A stretch of DNA of 64,000 nucleotides. Source: Antedon mediterranea (Eukaryota; Animalia; Echinodermata). How positions within the stretch are numbered: position 1 is the stretch's first letter; each line of letters begins with the position of its first letter. This document shows positions 1 to 13,300 of the stretch, one piece after another. The translations under genes were made by a program, and so were the position numbers. The notes below the pieces were generated by a model that was not told where the DNA came from, ran no database searches, and worked only from the letters and a program-made list of their open reading frames with translations. The stretch covers positions 2,604,001 through 2,668,000 of the forward strand of contig NC_092680.1 of NCBI RefSeq assembly GCF_964355755.1, in the 5' to 3' direction.

Positions 1-667
1 TCAATCAGTATAAGATTGTATTTTTTTATGTATAATTCTTCCATTCGCGCTTTTAAATGTTGGGAACATTTTTTTAGTTATGGAACAAATAAAGTTGATT
101 CTTTGATTTCATAGTGACACCTGACATCAATCGATCAATCAGTATAAGATTGTATTTTTTTATGTATAATTCTTCCATTCGCGCTTTTAAATGTTGGGAA
201 CATTTTTTTAGTTATGGAACAAATAAAGTTGATTCTTTGATTTCATAGTGACACCTGACATCAATCGATCAATCAGTATAAGATTGTATTTTTTTTATGT
301 ATAATTCTTCCATTCGCGCTTTTAAATGTTGGGAACATTTTTTTAGTTATGGAACAAATAAAGTTGATTCTTTGATTTCATAGTGACACCTGACATCAAT
401 CGATCAATCAGTATAAGATTGTATTTTTTTTATGTATAATTCTTCCATTCGCGCTTTTAAATGTTGGGAACATTTTTTTAGTTATGGAACAAATAAAGTT
501 GATTCTTTGATTTCATAGTGACACCTGACATCAATCGATCAATCAGTATAAGATTGTATTTTTTTAATGTATAATTCTTCCATTCGCGCTTTTAAATGTT
601 GGGAACATTTTTTTTAAGTTATGTAACAAATAAAGTTGATTCTTTGATTTCATAGTGACATCTGACA
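1..667. repeat. ~135-bp tandem repeat, 5 copies, in a PDE8 intron (runs off the window edge)
   Basis: TCAATCAGTATAAGATTG...GTGACACCTGACATCAATCGA units differing mainly in T-run length. Confidence 0.95.
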
Positions 668-702
668 TTTTGAGAATGTCAGTTAAGTACCAAAATACTT
701 AC

Positions 703-833
703 GTATCATTGTATAGGATTGCGAGTTCACTTCCTGCATTGCATAAGAATGAATTAGTTCTTCCTGGGTGGTCAACGTCGTGAACAGTTGCCGCAATTAA
801 CGATGCTACTTGGTCGTACGTGTCAAAACATTG
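703..833 (-). CDS. PDE8: PDE8 catalytic exon (HD metal-binding motif)
   Basis: [43 protein letters not shown]; gtaagt donor. Confidence 0.95.
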
Positions 834-3800
834 CTGAGGAAAAAAGAGCGCATTTAAACAATTACAATTTATGAGACTATAATTACGAAAAATAGAGTAA
901 TACTGGGCTAAAATTTAGCAATCTTTGTGTTGAAAAAATAAAATAGTTAAGAAGTTCTTAAAAAAACTGCAACCTTATATTTATCAATTCATTTCTAAAG
1001 CTCTGTATCCACTATCAAACTTTATGTGACAAAAAAATGTGATGTACCCATATATGGACATGATGATGTCATATCACTACTATGTTTTGGCATATTACTA
1101 CTATATTTGGGCACAACACACTTTTTTTGTCAAACTAGTTTCAGAGATTTAGTAAAAAAAAATGATTAATAAAAACAAAGTTTAAATTAGACCTTAAATT
1201 AGAAACATGGTTTTACTTTTTTTTTGTTTATTTATGAAAAAAGTAACTTAAAAAAAAGTAATTACCTTCAGTTTATCCTTACTGAGAAAGTAAGCCGTCG
1301 TATGAAGTACGTCTGCCGCATGAGTTGAGTTATGGTACGGGTTTGATGAATGATAATTTGCTTCGATAACTTGTAACCAGTTACGTAGCACTGCCTCTGA
1401 GCAGTTTAAGTAGCTACACACACTAAACCGTGTAAATATACTCATCCCTAAATTTACCAACGGTCTGAAATTAATAAGACAATAATTTGTATTAATTAAT
1501 AATTCAATAATAAAAAATAAGAACATCTGTGGCATATGTACAAATTAATTGTTGTTATCTTTACAATGTAAATACAAATCCTCTGTTTAAACTGAGAAAA
1601 CGGGGGTTGTGTACTCTAAAAAATCCACTCATTTTGAATAGTTCATGAGTTAATTAAAATATGTATTTTGAACATGTGCAAAGCTAATTATGTAAATTAA
1701 TTATGCAAGTACTAATTAAGCTTGGTTCCCATTAGAACGTAAACGCAACGAAAGCGTTGTTAGCAATCACAAGCGAATAAGCCATCGCTTGTGATTGGTC
1801 AATTCACTTGCGTTGCTTTACGTCCATGCGTTGCGTCGCTAGTGGGAACCAAGCTTGTGTGAACAGCAATTAATAAGATAGTAGCAATAGATAATTCGAT
1901 AACGAGGCCATTTCAGTAAGTTAATTTTAAAATGTTGTACGTAACACATATACAATTCATGATTCCTGCATAATAAGGCTTAACACTAACAGAAGTGGTT
2001 TGAAACAAATATTTAAACATGTCTACTTTGTCAATGACTGGTTTAAATAAGTCTGTTTCCAGGTTACCCTAAATTAAAATCAAATTCATCTTTTAAGAAC
2101 ATAATGGAATTAAAGTAGAACCTCTATAGTATTAAGGGACACTTCCTATGAAATGAACAAGGCGTAATGTACAATATGTAGGAACGATAATGTGAAATGC
2201 TTTCTTGTTTTATTATGTACAATGATTTCTTGTTAATTCTGGAAGATTTGGTTAATGTTTCTGCTGTTTTAAAATGCTGTATTTGTTATCTTAAAGGCAC
2301 CTTGAAGCTAAGGTGGTTCCACCTTGTAAGGAATAGAGGGGACACTTCCTATGAAATGAACAAGGTGACAATGTGAAATGCTTTAATGTTTTATTATGTA
2401 CAATGATTTCTTGTTAATTCTGGAAGATCTGATTGATGTTTCTGTTGAAGCTAAGGTGGTTCCACCTTGTAAGACGCCTCTGTGCAAAATACTATATAAA
2501 AAAAAAATTTTCTTCTATGGATACAATAAGGACAATCAACAAAGTGTATATACCTATGCAAAGTAATTCTTTCTAAGGCAAGGATGTCAAAATCCCATAA
2601 TTCGTCTGTCAACAACAACTGCTTGATTTCTGGAGGTACTTGGCTGATGTATGTACCTGAATTATTAGGCATTAGTGAAGATATGACTACAAGAAAAAAA
2701 CAAAAAAAACAAGGGGTTAGGAAGAATAATATAGTATAAAAATATTGTATACAAATATTTATGATTTGAATGGAAGAATATTTCTATGAGTTGAAAGATC
2801 GACTATTCTATTTAACAAGGTGAGCCAAGTTAAATAAGCATGAGTTGTAAACAATTCTAAACATAAAAAAAAAAAATGTGCCATGTAATAGAACGATTAA
2901 AAATACCCTTTACCGTCCAATAGAATACTTAAATTTAGTATGGATATAAAATTGAAAAAAATCAAATGGCAAGAACATAATTAGGTTTGTTATAAAAATG
3001 TAACAAAATGAACACACTGTTTTGTTACATCTGTGAACAATATATTTGTTCAATAGAAAAAAAAATAACTAAAAAAAAAAATAAATAAATGATAGAAAAA
3101 TCTTTTTTGAAGAAAATATCAGAACTTCTTAATTATTAAAAGAAGTAAAGGGAACCAAAGAAAAACCTTTAATATATTTAAATAACTACAAACTAAAATA
3201 AGAACTTTATAAGATGAATACAGACAAAACAAATCTCTTGTTATAAACTTGATAAAACAATTGTAATAGATTTAAATTTAATCAGGTTAGATTCAAATCA
3301 TTCCATAACAAAAAAAACAATGTTGAAGATAATTACATCACATTGTATAAACTTAAACAACAAGAATAGATGCAACTTTTAAACAGATTTAGATTAAAAT
3401 TACGGTATCCAGAAAAAATAACTATAAAACAAAGATTACAATAACATACTCATGGTATAAACTTAAACAACAACCAAATTTAGATTACAATTATCCATAA
3501 CTACAAAATAAAAAGCTAAAGATAAAGATTAAACAACCAAAATAGATATAACTTTAATCAGATTAAGATTAAAACTATCCAGAAAAATAACTATAAAATA
3601 AATATTGAAATAACATACCCCTCGGTATAAACCTCATTGTAAACTGGCACTAAAACGTATATCATAAATTCATATGTTGTCACCGACAAAAGAAGTAGTG
3701 AAATGAGGGGTAAAGAAACCGCGCTTGTCGCTTTTAAGGATATTAAACGGCGTGACATCACATCAGTGATTGAACACACCTGCGCATAACTTGTAAACAT

Positions 3801-6800
3801 CTTGTTTCCTCAAAGTTTCCACAATAATAATCGAATTAAACATTAAATTAGTAGTAGTATTGATCAAATGACGAGATATTTTCAAAGGATTTTAATATTG
3901 TGAGGATTTCCTGCCTCATGCTAAACTAATTTTTCTATAGTGAAAGCAATTGTAGTCATCGGGGAACATGATAATAATGATAATAGGCAGTTTTTACTAC
4001 ATATTTACTTGTTATTTAAATATTTGTTTTTGTATTAAAGACACTTTTATCACACTTAAATATAATGTGTAGTTTTAAAAAAGAAAAAGATTTTAAAATG
4101 CACAATGAATGGTAATATTAAAGCAGTGTACACATCATATTTTAAATGCATGTAGGGTTCATTATTCACTTTCAATTTCTTTCTTTTATAAATTTATTTT
4201 TGCCTACATAATTCCTATACCTATCAACTATGGGGTGCAACTGTTATTAGGTATGGTACGCTGATAACATCAAAAACACGGAAACTTTCCTCTAAGAAAC
4301 AACAGAAATATAGAAAATTAATTTTGACCAAAAGTAGTGGTCAAATAAAGAAATCTGCATACAGATATTCAAGAAGTATTATATTTCATTTTGAACTTCA
4401 TCATCATCATCGGTACCCCTAGGGAGGATTCCCGGCCTCTCTCCCTTGAGAAAGGCTAGCCACTGGCCTCTTAAAGGACAAACCTGAAGTCTTGTTGTTA
4501 TTAAATGGTCAACGTACTAAACATCCCTGGACAATATACAACCAGATTCTTCTTCCTCTCCCTGGAGAAATTCTGACTACTGGCCTCTTGCTTGATCAGA
4601 AAATTATACATCGTAATAGAGTAACAACCTCAGTGAAATACTGACTTATTGACATCCCATCAAATTATACATAATTAATTCAGAAAATTAAAATGGCCAA
4701 CTAGATAAAATTTTGCAAGCTCACATAATCATTGGCACAACTGATTGGCATGAAATCACATGGGTAAAGTGACCATGAAATTTGACACTTCTTGCGTATA
4801 ACTTTATCAGGAAAAATAATTTTACGTAGAAAAAAGTATCTTTTATGGAAGAATTAAATGGAATTTGGAATGTGTTATTTATTTATTTAACTTCTTCAGT
4901 CAAAGACTGGTCTCACAGAAGGGCCTAGTTATGAACAGTGGCTGTGTGTGTACCAGTACACCGGGGTAACCCCCCCTACTCGTCTCAAAAAGATGTACTA
5001 GGTTCTTTAAAGTGCACATGAGCTAAACGATATAAAGGTATAAAGCTACAGAACAAACAAAAACTGAAATTCTTATTCTTTGTAATGCGTGTTGAAAGAT
5101 GGCATGAATTTAATTAGGTCAGGAGTTTTCATAGTTGTTGCATTGTGAGGTCATCCTCGGTGATCTTGCTCTCAAAACTTTAAGCCAATAAGATCAAGAT
5201 GAAGTAGCATAACGCATGTATTGCATATGTATAATAATCTACACCTACATAGTGGTATTAACCTATATTAGTGTGAAAGGTCACAAAATCAAGCCACATA
5301 GGTGGCACTGGTTCAATGCTCTCCTTGATCATTGCTTTCTGATGGTAGAACACGTCTTCTCGGATAAGGAATTAAAATTGGAAGTCCAGTGTACATTTTT
5401 GGTTTGTTTGTTTTTTAATTGTTGCTCATTCATCAAATACAAATAAATATATATAGAGGAACGTTATCAAGCTATAGAGCTTGTTTCCATACACTTTAAA
5501 GAACCCAATGTATAATTTGGAAGACTGGGGTTGACCCTGATGTACTGGCCCTTCTTCGTCCCTGTTGTTAATGTTAGGCACTGCACTGTGACTGCTGTGG
5601 GTCCATAGAGGACCGAATTTGAGATGAGAATAAATGATGTTAAAAATAAAAGTTGGAAATATAAATATATTTTCGACTCAGGGACTGAGGAAAAATTTGA
5701 TTACAATAGCAAATAAACATCACTCAACAGAAAAACAGGACCAACGTAAAAATCAAAGTTTTTCCTAACAGAATTGCAGCATACATCACGGCCAATTAAC
5801 ATGGTGCAGTCAGTACAGCGGATTAGGGGGAAAAGAAAGGTGAAAGAGAAACCAATAATTCATATATATCAATCAATTTCAACTCAAGTCAATGAGTATG
5901 AAAAAATATGGAATTCTAGATAGAGTGCATATGGACAGATTGCAGAACAGTACTGTATTTCTAATAAGTTTTGAAACAACTATTGAAATACATTTCATTC
6001 ACTCGTGGATAACGCAATGTTAAACTTGGTTTTGCTTGACATACACTGTACAGAGGCTGTATTCTCCTACTCTGGTCAGTAAGTGGTATAAGCCAATAAA
6101 GCTCTGTCTACACTATCAAACTTTATGCGACAAAAAAATGTGATGTGCCCATGGACATGATGATTTCATATCACTACCATATTTAAGCATACCACTACCA
6201 TATTTGGGCACATCACACTTGTTTTGTCAAACTAGTTTGATAGTGTAGAGAGAGCTGTCATATACTCTGGTTCAAATTTAAGTACCAGGCTAGAGATGGG
6301 AGATGGTCTTTTTTTGTGCATCGCTACTCGGGGTGGATCCAGCATTATAGATTAGGGGGTGGGAGGGGGTGTTCATGCTGAGGTAGTTGCTCATAATAAC
6401 TGTTTTAAAATGTCAAGCAAAACTGTGCCAATAACGGCTTACATATCTAACACAAACCATCTATTAACTTGACCTGAGTGTGTAAATAATAAGGACAAGA
6501 AGGAGGATAGCTTTTCCTTTGTTAAATCCCCTATAGTCTGTTATCTTAGGCCTAATCAAAGCAGCCTAGGGAGCTATGATTCAGTCACTAAAACTACACC
6601 TGATCTAAGCTAATTGACTACCGGCTTCCTTCGTCTTATTAATATGTTTATTCCGTTAACCATGCCAACTTTCGTATTACAATGGATAAATATGACTTTG
6701 TAGAAAATCATGAGAGACCTTAAAACAAATAAATATAAACAAAAATTATCTACATTTGCAACTTTGAACTACATTTGTATGACTACAATGGATAAATATA

Positions 6801-7341
6801 AATCCAAAGGCAAAATACTGAACAAAATGACAATGCTCTGGGTATCAGTGGCTGGATCTCAATGGAGATACAAAAAAAGCACTGAAAAAATGACAATGCT
6901 GTGGGTATCAGCGACTGGATCTCAATGGAGATACAAAAAAAGCGAAAAGCTAAATCAAAATGATAAAGTAAAACATATAAGATAAGATAGATACTATAGA
7001 TATAAATATATATATATAAAAATACTGAAAAAAAAGATGAGGGCGTATCAATTTGATCTCTGTTGCGCGTGCGTACAACTGAGGACTAGTGTTGTTCCGC
7101 CGTACCACGCCGAGAGTGTTAAAGAGTCGTTATCCAATCGAGTTCGAACAATACCATGAAAGCCCCAGTGGTCTAATGGTTAGGACATCTGCATATCAAG
7201 CAGGCGGTCCGAGTTCGAGTCTCGGTTGGGGCGACTTTTTCTCATTCTCACAGATTTCCTCATCTTTATCGTTTCAAATTAATTAATTAAATTTCAGTAT
7301 ATCACCGGGCGGTTTAGAATTAGTTCTTTGCCTATTGTGTT

Positions 7342-7373
<32 letters not shown>

Positions 7374-10300
7374 AACGCTCCTTGAGCACTCTTGAGTGGT
7401 GCGTGCGCTATATAAATCCATATTATTATTATGACTAGTAGAAAAATCACAAAAGACCTTAAAACAAATAAATATAACTACTATTATCTACATTTGGAAC
7501 GTTAGTTTATATTAAAACCTTTCCTATGAAATTGGGATACTATTGTACGCAAAAAATAATAATTATTATATTTTTAGCAATGATTACAATCTAGACTTGT
7601 AAGTATGAAACTAAATTTAGTTGGTATTTAACATTTTGATGAAAATAAGGAAAAAAAATTTAGAATAGAATAACAAAGACTAACCAGAACATCATTAAAT
7701 ACAATACAGTAAATTCTATTAAACCCACACAATCTGAGTGAAGCCTTGATTCTCTCAAATAAATTTATTATACTATCCTATAAATAATAATGTATATTTT
7801 TACACAACTAATATATTATAAACTTGGTTCGTAACTCAAGTTAAGCTCTGTCCACACTATTAAATTAGGTTGACAAAAAAAAACTGTGATGTGCCCAAAT
7901 ATGGTAGTGATATGATATCATATATGGACACATCACATTTTTTTGTCACATAAAGTTTGATAGTGACATCTGTCCATATTTGGGCACATTACATTTTTTT
8001 TGTCACATAAAGTTTGATAGTGTAGACAGAGCTTTATGGAAAGTTTTTTTGAAATGAAAACTATTTTCAAACTGATAGGTGCCATTTTGCTCCTAAAGAA
8101 TTGATAATGAAGCCAAGTAAATTCCTATTGTTTTTTACTACGTCTAATAATACCGATTTTTCGGTTTCACTATAGTTTTAAAAACAGGTTATTTTAATTA
8201 TATAGATGATTTAGTAATGAGTAATAATTAAAGATGTTAGATATAGGTGAAAGTCAATACGTTTGATCTGTTATAAGAAGACAGATGTCAGGTGTAGTTA
8301 CGTAAATATATTTTAACTTGGCTTTTACTTGCCAATACAATTACTGTAAATGGGACGAGGCTTTCGGCACAGTCAACATTGTGTGCCTTATAGTTGTCTA
8401 TAGGCACGGCCGACCATGCATGTAAATGAGTATTTGCTACCAGCAGTCAATATTTGCTGTGGAGGCTTATCAGCATTGCTGAAAGTGTGGCAAATTCATT
8501 GTTTTCTTTCAGCAAGGATGACGGTGTGCTTTATTTGTCTATCGGCACAGAGAATTAGTTGCATGGTCGATCTTGTTCCCATTTATCTATTGGCGCAGAG
8601 AGAACTAGGCACATGGTAGACAATGTTGATAACAAAACATTACATTGGATGCAAGGTTGACTGTGCCACCAATATTTAGTCTTTTTACTGGTTTCAATTG
8701 GTTAACTGTGGCACTTGTTTGGCATTGGGCATGAGCTCTATAATCTCACCACAAAATAACTTGCACATTTTGTTGTATGTATACATTTCGTACATCAAAC
8801 TGTATATATGTATACAGCCCTGATGAAGGGCTAGTGTTGCCCGAAAGCTCTGCTAACTTTTCTGGCTGTTTACTTTATCGTTTTGATTTAGCTTTTCGCT
8901 TTTTATTTTTGTATCTCCATTGAGATCCAGCCACTGATACCCACAGCATTGTCATTTTTTCAGTAATTTGCCTTTGGATTTATATATACATTTCATATAT
9001 ACATATATACAGTTTGATGACATCTAAATAAATAAGCCACAGATACAGATACAGATTCATTTATTGTCCAAACAATTAATGGAAATTACAGTGCTCATAA
9101 ACCTTGGCTTGCCTAAAAAAATAATATAAATATAAGGGAGAGATGGTCTAAATTTGATTTGAAAGGAGTAAACTTATGTGCAGACCCTGACATAGGATGA
9201 AGGGACAAATAAAGGTCTGTCTACACGATCAAACTGCATGTGACAAAAAAAACAAGTGATATGCCTATATTTGGACATGATGATGTCATATCACTACCAT
9301 ATTTGGGCATATAACTACCATATTTGGGCACATCACACTTTTTTTTATCAAACTAATTTGATAGTGTAGACAGAGCTTTAGATGTGGATGTCAGAACACA
9401 AGAGAAAGTTGTAGAGTGAATCATTGTTGGGGATACGGTAAAAAGTAGAAGAAAAGTAGAAAAAACTAGTATTAATATAGCATCAATGAGTAAGAAATAT
9501 AATGAAACAAAAATTAAAACTGTTAAACCATTTTTAGTACCTCTTGTAATAGTAGCCTCCGGACCAGACATCTTGCGCCGTAATGCAAAACCACTATGCT
9601 GAAAAGTAATAAAAGATGACCATATTTAGCCATAACTATTTTTACAGTGAATTTCATAATCGGACATCTGGAGATATTTGTTTTTAGGAGTATTTTGGGG
9701 ATAAGGGATTTAGTCACGAAAGTGGAAGAAAAGCTTCGATTGTTGTTCCGAGGCGATATAATCTTTTCTATTAAAAGGTAAGCTTCCGATATTTTCATAG
9801 AAAACTGCCACCAATTCCATGTTTTTAATTTGTTCTTACTTTCTCTTTCCCATTTTGTCACGTAAACTTGGGAAGTCATTCATTAATGTTGAAATTCCTT
9901 TGTAATAAAAACAACTTGACAGAAGTCTGTCTTTACAATATCAAACCGCATTACATGAGTCATACAGTAGTAGATGCAAAAATTGTCATGCCAACAATCA
10001 CCATGGAGATGGAGTTTCTATGGTGAGTAACAGCTCAAAATGGGAAATTATCTTATTGAATAATGTTTGACACTGATAAATGTATTTTAGTCTATTTATT
10101 TCATGAACCTTGATTACTGAGCAAATACAAGTGTTTTTATTCTATGAAATCAAAGATATGTACACGAAAATTGGTTATTTTAAGGTAACTGAACTATTTG
10201 ACGAAATAACACAATTTTGGAAAATGTGTTATGCTTGCTACCATAAAACAACAGATTTTTTAAAAATTGGTTTTTATGAAATAAATATTTTTGTTATTGA

Positions 10301-13300
10301 TCATTAAAACAAACCCTATTGTCACCAGATTGGTTAAAAATAATATACCAATGTATTTATAGTATAAGATTATTATCTAAGAAATTGATGTCTAAAATTA
10401 AAAATATTAGTTGAAGGCTGAAAGAGGAAAAAATATGGAAAAAGCAAGCTTCGGTTAAAGGGTTTAATTTTTAATTTATTTCATTTTTTCTATTTATTTA
10501 GACATAATATTGCTAGTAGTGAATTGTATCATTACACAAGATGCTCTAAAATACCTATACTAAAGCTCTAAACATATCACTACCATATTTGGGCACATCA
10601 CACTTTTTGTTGACAAACTAGTTTGATAGTGTGGACAGAGCTTAAGAGAGGAAGTTTGTACATTTATTAATTTTACCAATTTTTGCTACTGCCTACATCC
10701 ATACACATGGTATACAAAAATGACTGGAATCGTACTGGGAAGGTATTAAACTACACTTGAAAATTATCTGCCATCTTGGATCCAATATGGCCGCCAAAAC
10801 AGAGTCTGAAATCTCCACTTTGAAGTGTTTAGTTTGTGATTGCCAACTTCATACACACACATGGGGTATCAAAATGACCAGAAAAGAAAAACCTGTCCTG
10901 ACATGGGTATCTTTGCTAGTAAATACATATAAAGCTTGGTTCCCACTAGAACGTAACGCAAGGACGTAAACGCAACGCAAGCGTTTTAACCAATGACAAG
11001 TGAAGTTATAGACAGTTAGCAATCACAAGCAAATAAGCCATCGCTTGTGATTGGTCAATTCACTTGCGTTGCGTTGCGTCGCTAGTGGGAACCACGCTTA
11101 AGAGTGTGGGAAGACAGGATGTAAACAAAGGACCATAGGATGGCATAGAGAAACAAACAGGGTGTTATCATTATGTGTGAAATTTAATTGAAATATTTGC
11201 ATCCATTTTTAATTGATGAAAAAATCTTTTTTTTTTCAAAACTTACTGTCATTAATCCGCCAACCAAGTCTGTTGTCATCTGATTCTCTTCATGCCCCTG
11301 GGAATTTAACGGCGGTGCGTAAAGCTCCGAAGATCGCAAAATCTCTAACACTTTATCTAAAGCTTGAACGACCGTGACCGGGCTGTTCTCCTGAGCTGCG
11401 TTGATTATATTAATCACCTGTTGTATTGTAGCGAAAGTAATTTTCAAACAAATTTTAATTGGTTCGAATCTTCAGTTATTACACTTTTTCCCCACAGGCT
11501 CAGAATTTTATTTTATTTTTATTTTATTTCTTTAAATTTTATTTGTACTTTATATATACACACTTTATATACATATTCTATTATTAATCTCTCTGAATGT
11601 TAATAAAATAATTTTATAAAATGTTATTTCTTTCTTACATCATATTTTGTCAATGTAAATATGTTGTATATACAATGACAAAGTAAATGTTAGGATAACC
11701 CAAGTTTATTTTTAATGCGATTTCAATGATATTATATAACTGAAAAGAATTATCTAAGATTAAGTTAAGTTCCTGAACGTAGGTAGCAAGTGAGTCTTGT
11801 ATTAATTACAAATCGCCACCTGTGGGAAGGACTAAAAGAACGGAACGAAAGTACGTCAACATGCATTGTGACATGCTGTCAAATCAGGAACCAGGGGAGA
11901 CAGGTGACAATGCAGGAAGAATAAGGGGAAATGTTTTGGGGCACGAGGGAAAGTATGCATGTTGGCCCACTTCCAAGGTAATTATATATCCTGCTACAGA
12001 GTATACACCAATGGTGTTGGCCTATTTATCGATGCAAAGGTTGATAGGGTTGCCATCCTTGTTGTTGTGGTTTAAGGGACTGAGGGTGAGTCAGTAAACG
12101 TGGTGGTTGTTTTGATTGGTTTAATGCCAACAGTCATGACTAGTGGGTTTGAATATGCAAATTAAGATATTATATACATTTGAATATTGAAATTGACAGG
12201 AAAAGTTAATAGATTAGAATAAATATTTAATGTAAAGTGGAAAAAGCAGATAAGTCCAAAATTAGGCAGACTCCTATCATATATGATACAAATTAAAATT
12301 TAAGTTGAGAATCTTGTAAGAAAATGTGTAAAGAGATAACATGACAGCCATCAACAATTTACTTTTATATATTGTATGAGATATTTGGTTTCTAGTTTTA
12401 AAACTCAATTTTCTGTACTTTCATAAAATGTGAATTTTCTGATTTTTCCACTGAGGCCTTCATCATCATATTATGAATTTTTGTTGCAAAGATTTAGGCA
12501 CACAAATGCTAATTACTATTTTATTGTAATGATAAAGAATAACCAATACAATAGAACTAATAGAGGAAATCTTCAGGGCCTTAAAAAATGTCCACTCAAT
12601 GGGGTCATAGTGTTAAAACATATATTGTCCCTTGTTTGTTCTACGGAAAAGTGTCCCATTAATAGGCGTCACAAACTGATATTTAATTTAAACTTACATA
12701 ATATCCTAACAAAGATTATAAAGTTGTTGACGCCTTTAAAATGATCATGAAATGCAAGAAATTAATATTTCCACTACTCAGTTTCTAGAAATTGTTATTT
12801 TTTTACCTTCGTTATCGGAGCTTCTATCATCATCGAGTGAATCCTAGCGATGGATTGTCTCCTTGTTAAATTTCCTGTTAGAAAAATAATTTATCATAAT
12901 TCTGAGTGTAAAAGTACAAACTACTCACTTTTAAAGCATCGTTTACTGTAGGTAGGAAAAAAAATGGTGATCATTTTCACTAGCTGATCATACACAGAGA
13001 GGCTAGTTTTCTAAGCTGGAGTAGTCTACATGGTGGAGCAAAGCTCTGTCTACACTATCAAACTTTGTGATGTGATGTGCCCATATATGGACATGATGTC
13101 ATATCACTACCATATGTGGACATATCACTACCATATTTAGGCACATCGCACTTTTTTCGTCAAACTAGTTTGATAGTGTAGACAGAGCTTTAAACATGTT
13201 TTTCTCTTTCCAGAAACTTATAAATATTCAATTCTTTTATTTTTTCATATAGGCAATCAATACTGTTTGCAAAGTGTTTGGTAACAAACACTAAGTGACG

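Noticed and set aside
2135-2472. ~200-bp local duplication in a PDE8 intron (also a degenerate repeat at 3240-3640)
   Set aside because: Ordinary local tandem duplication with no coding or structural signal.
6620-6665. Possible alternative PDE8 exon ([14 protein letters not shown])
   Set aside because: Weak donor and wrong phase for the 2686 acceptor.
6710-6985. 91-aa ORF with a duplicated MTMLWVS motif
   Set aside because: Derived from the internal duplication of a repeat fragment.
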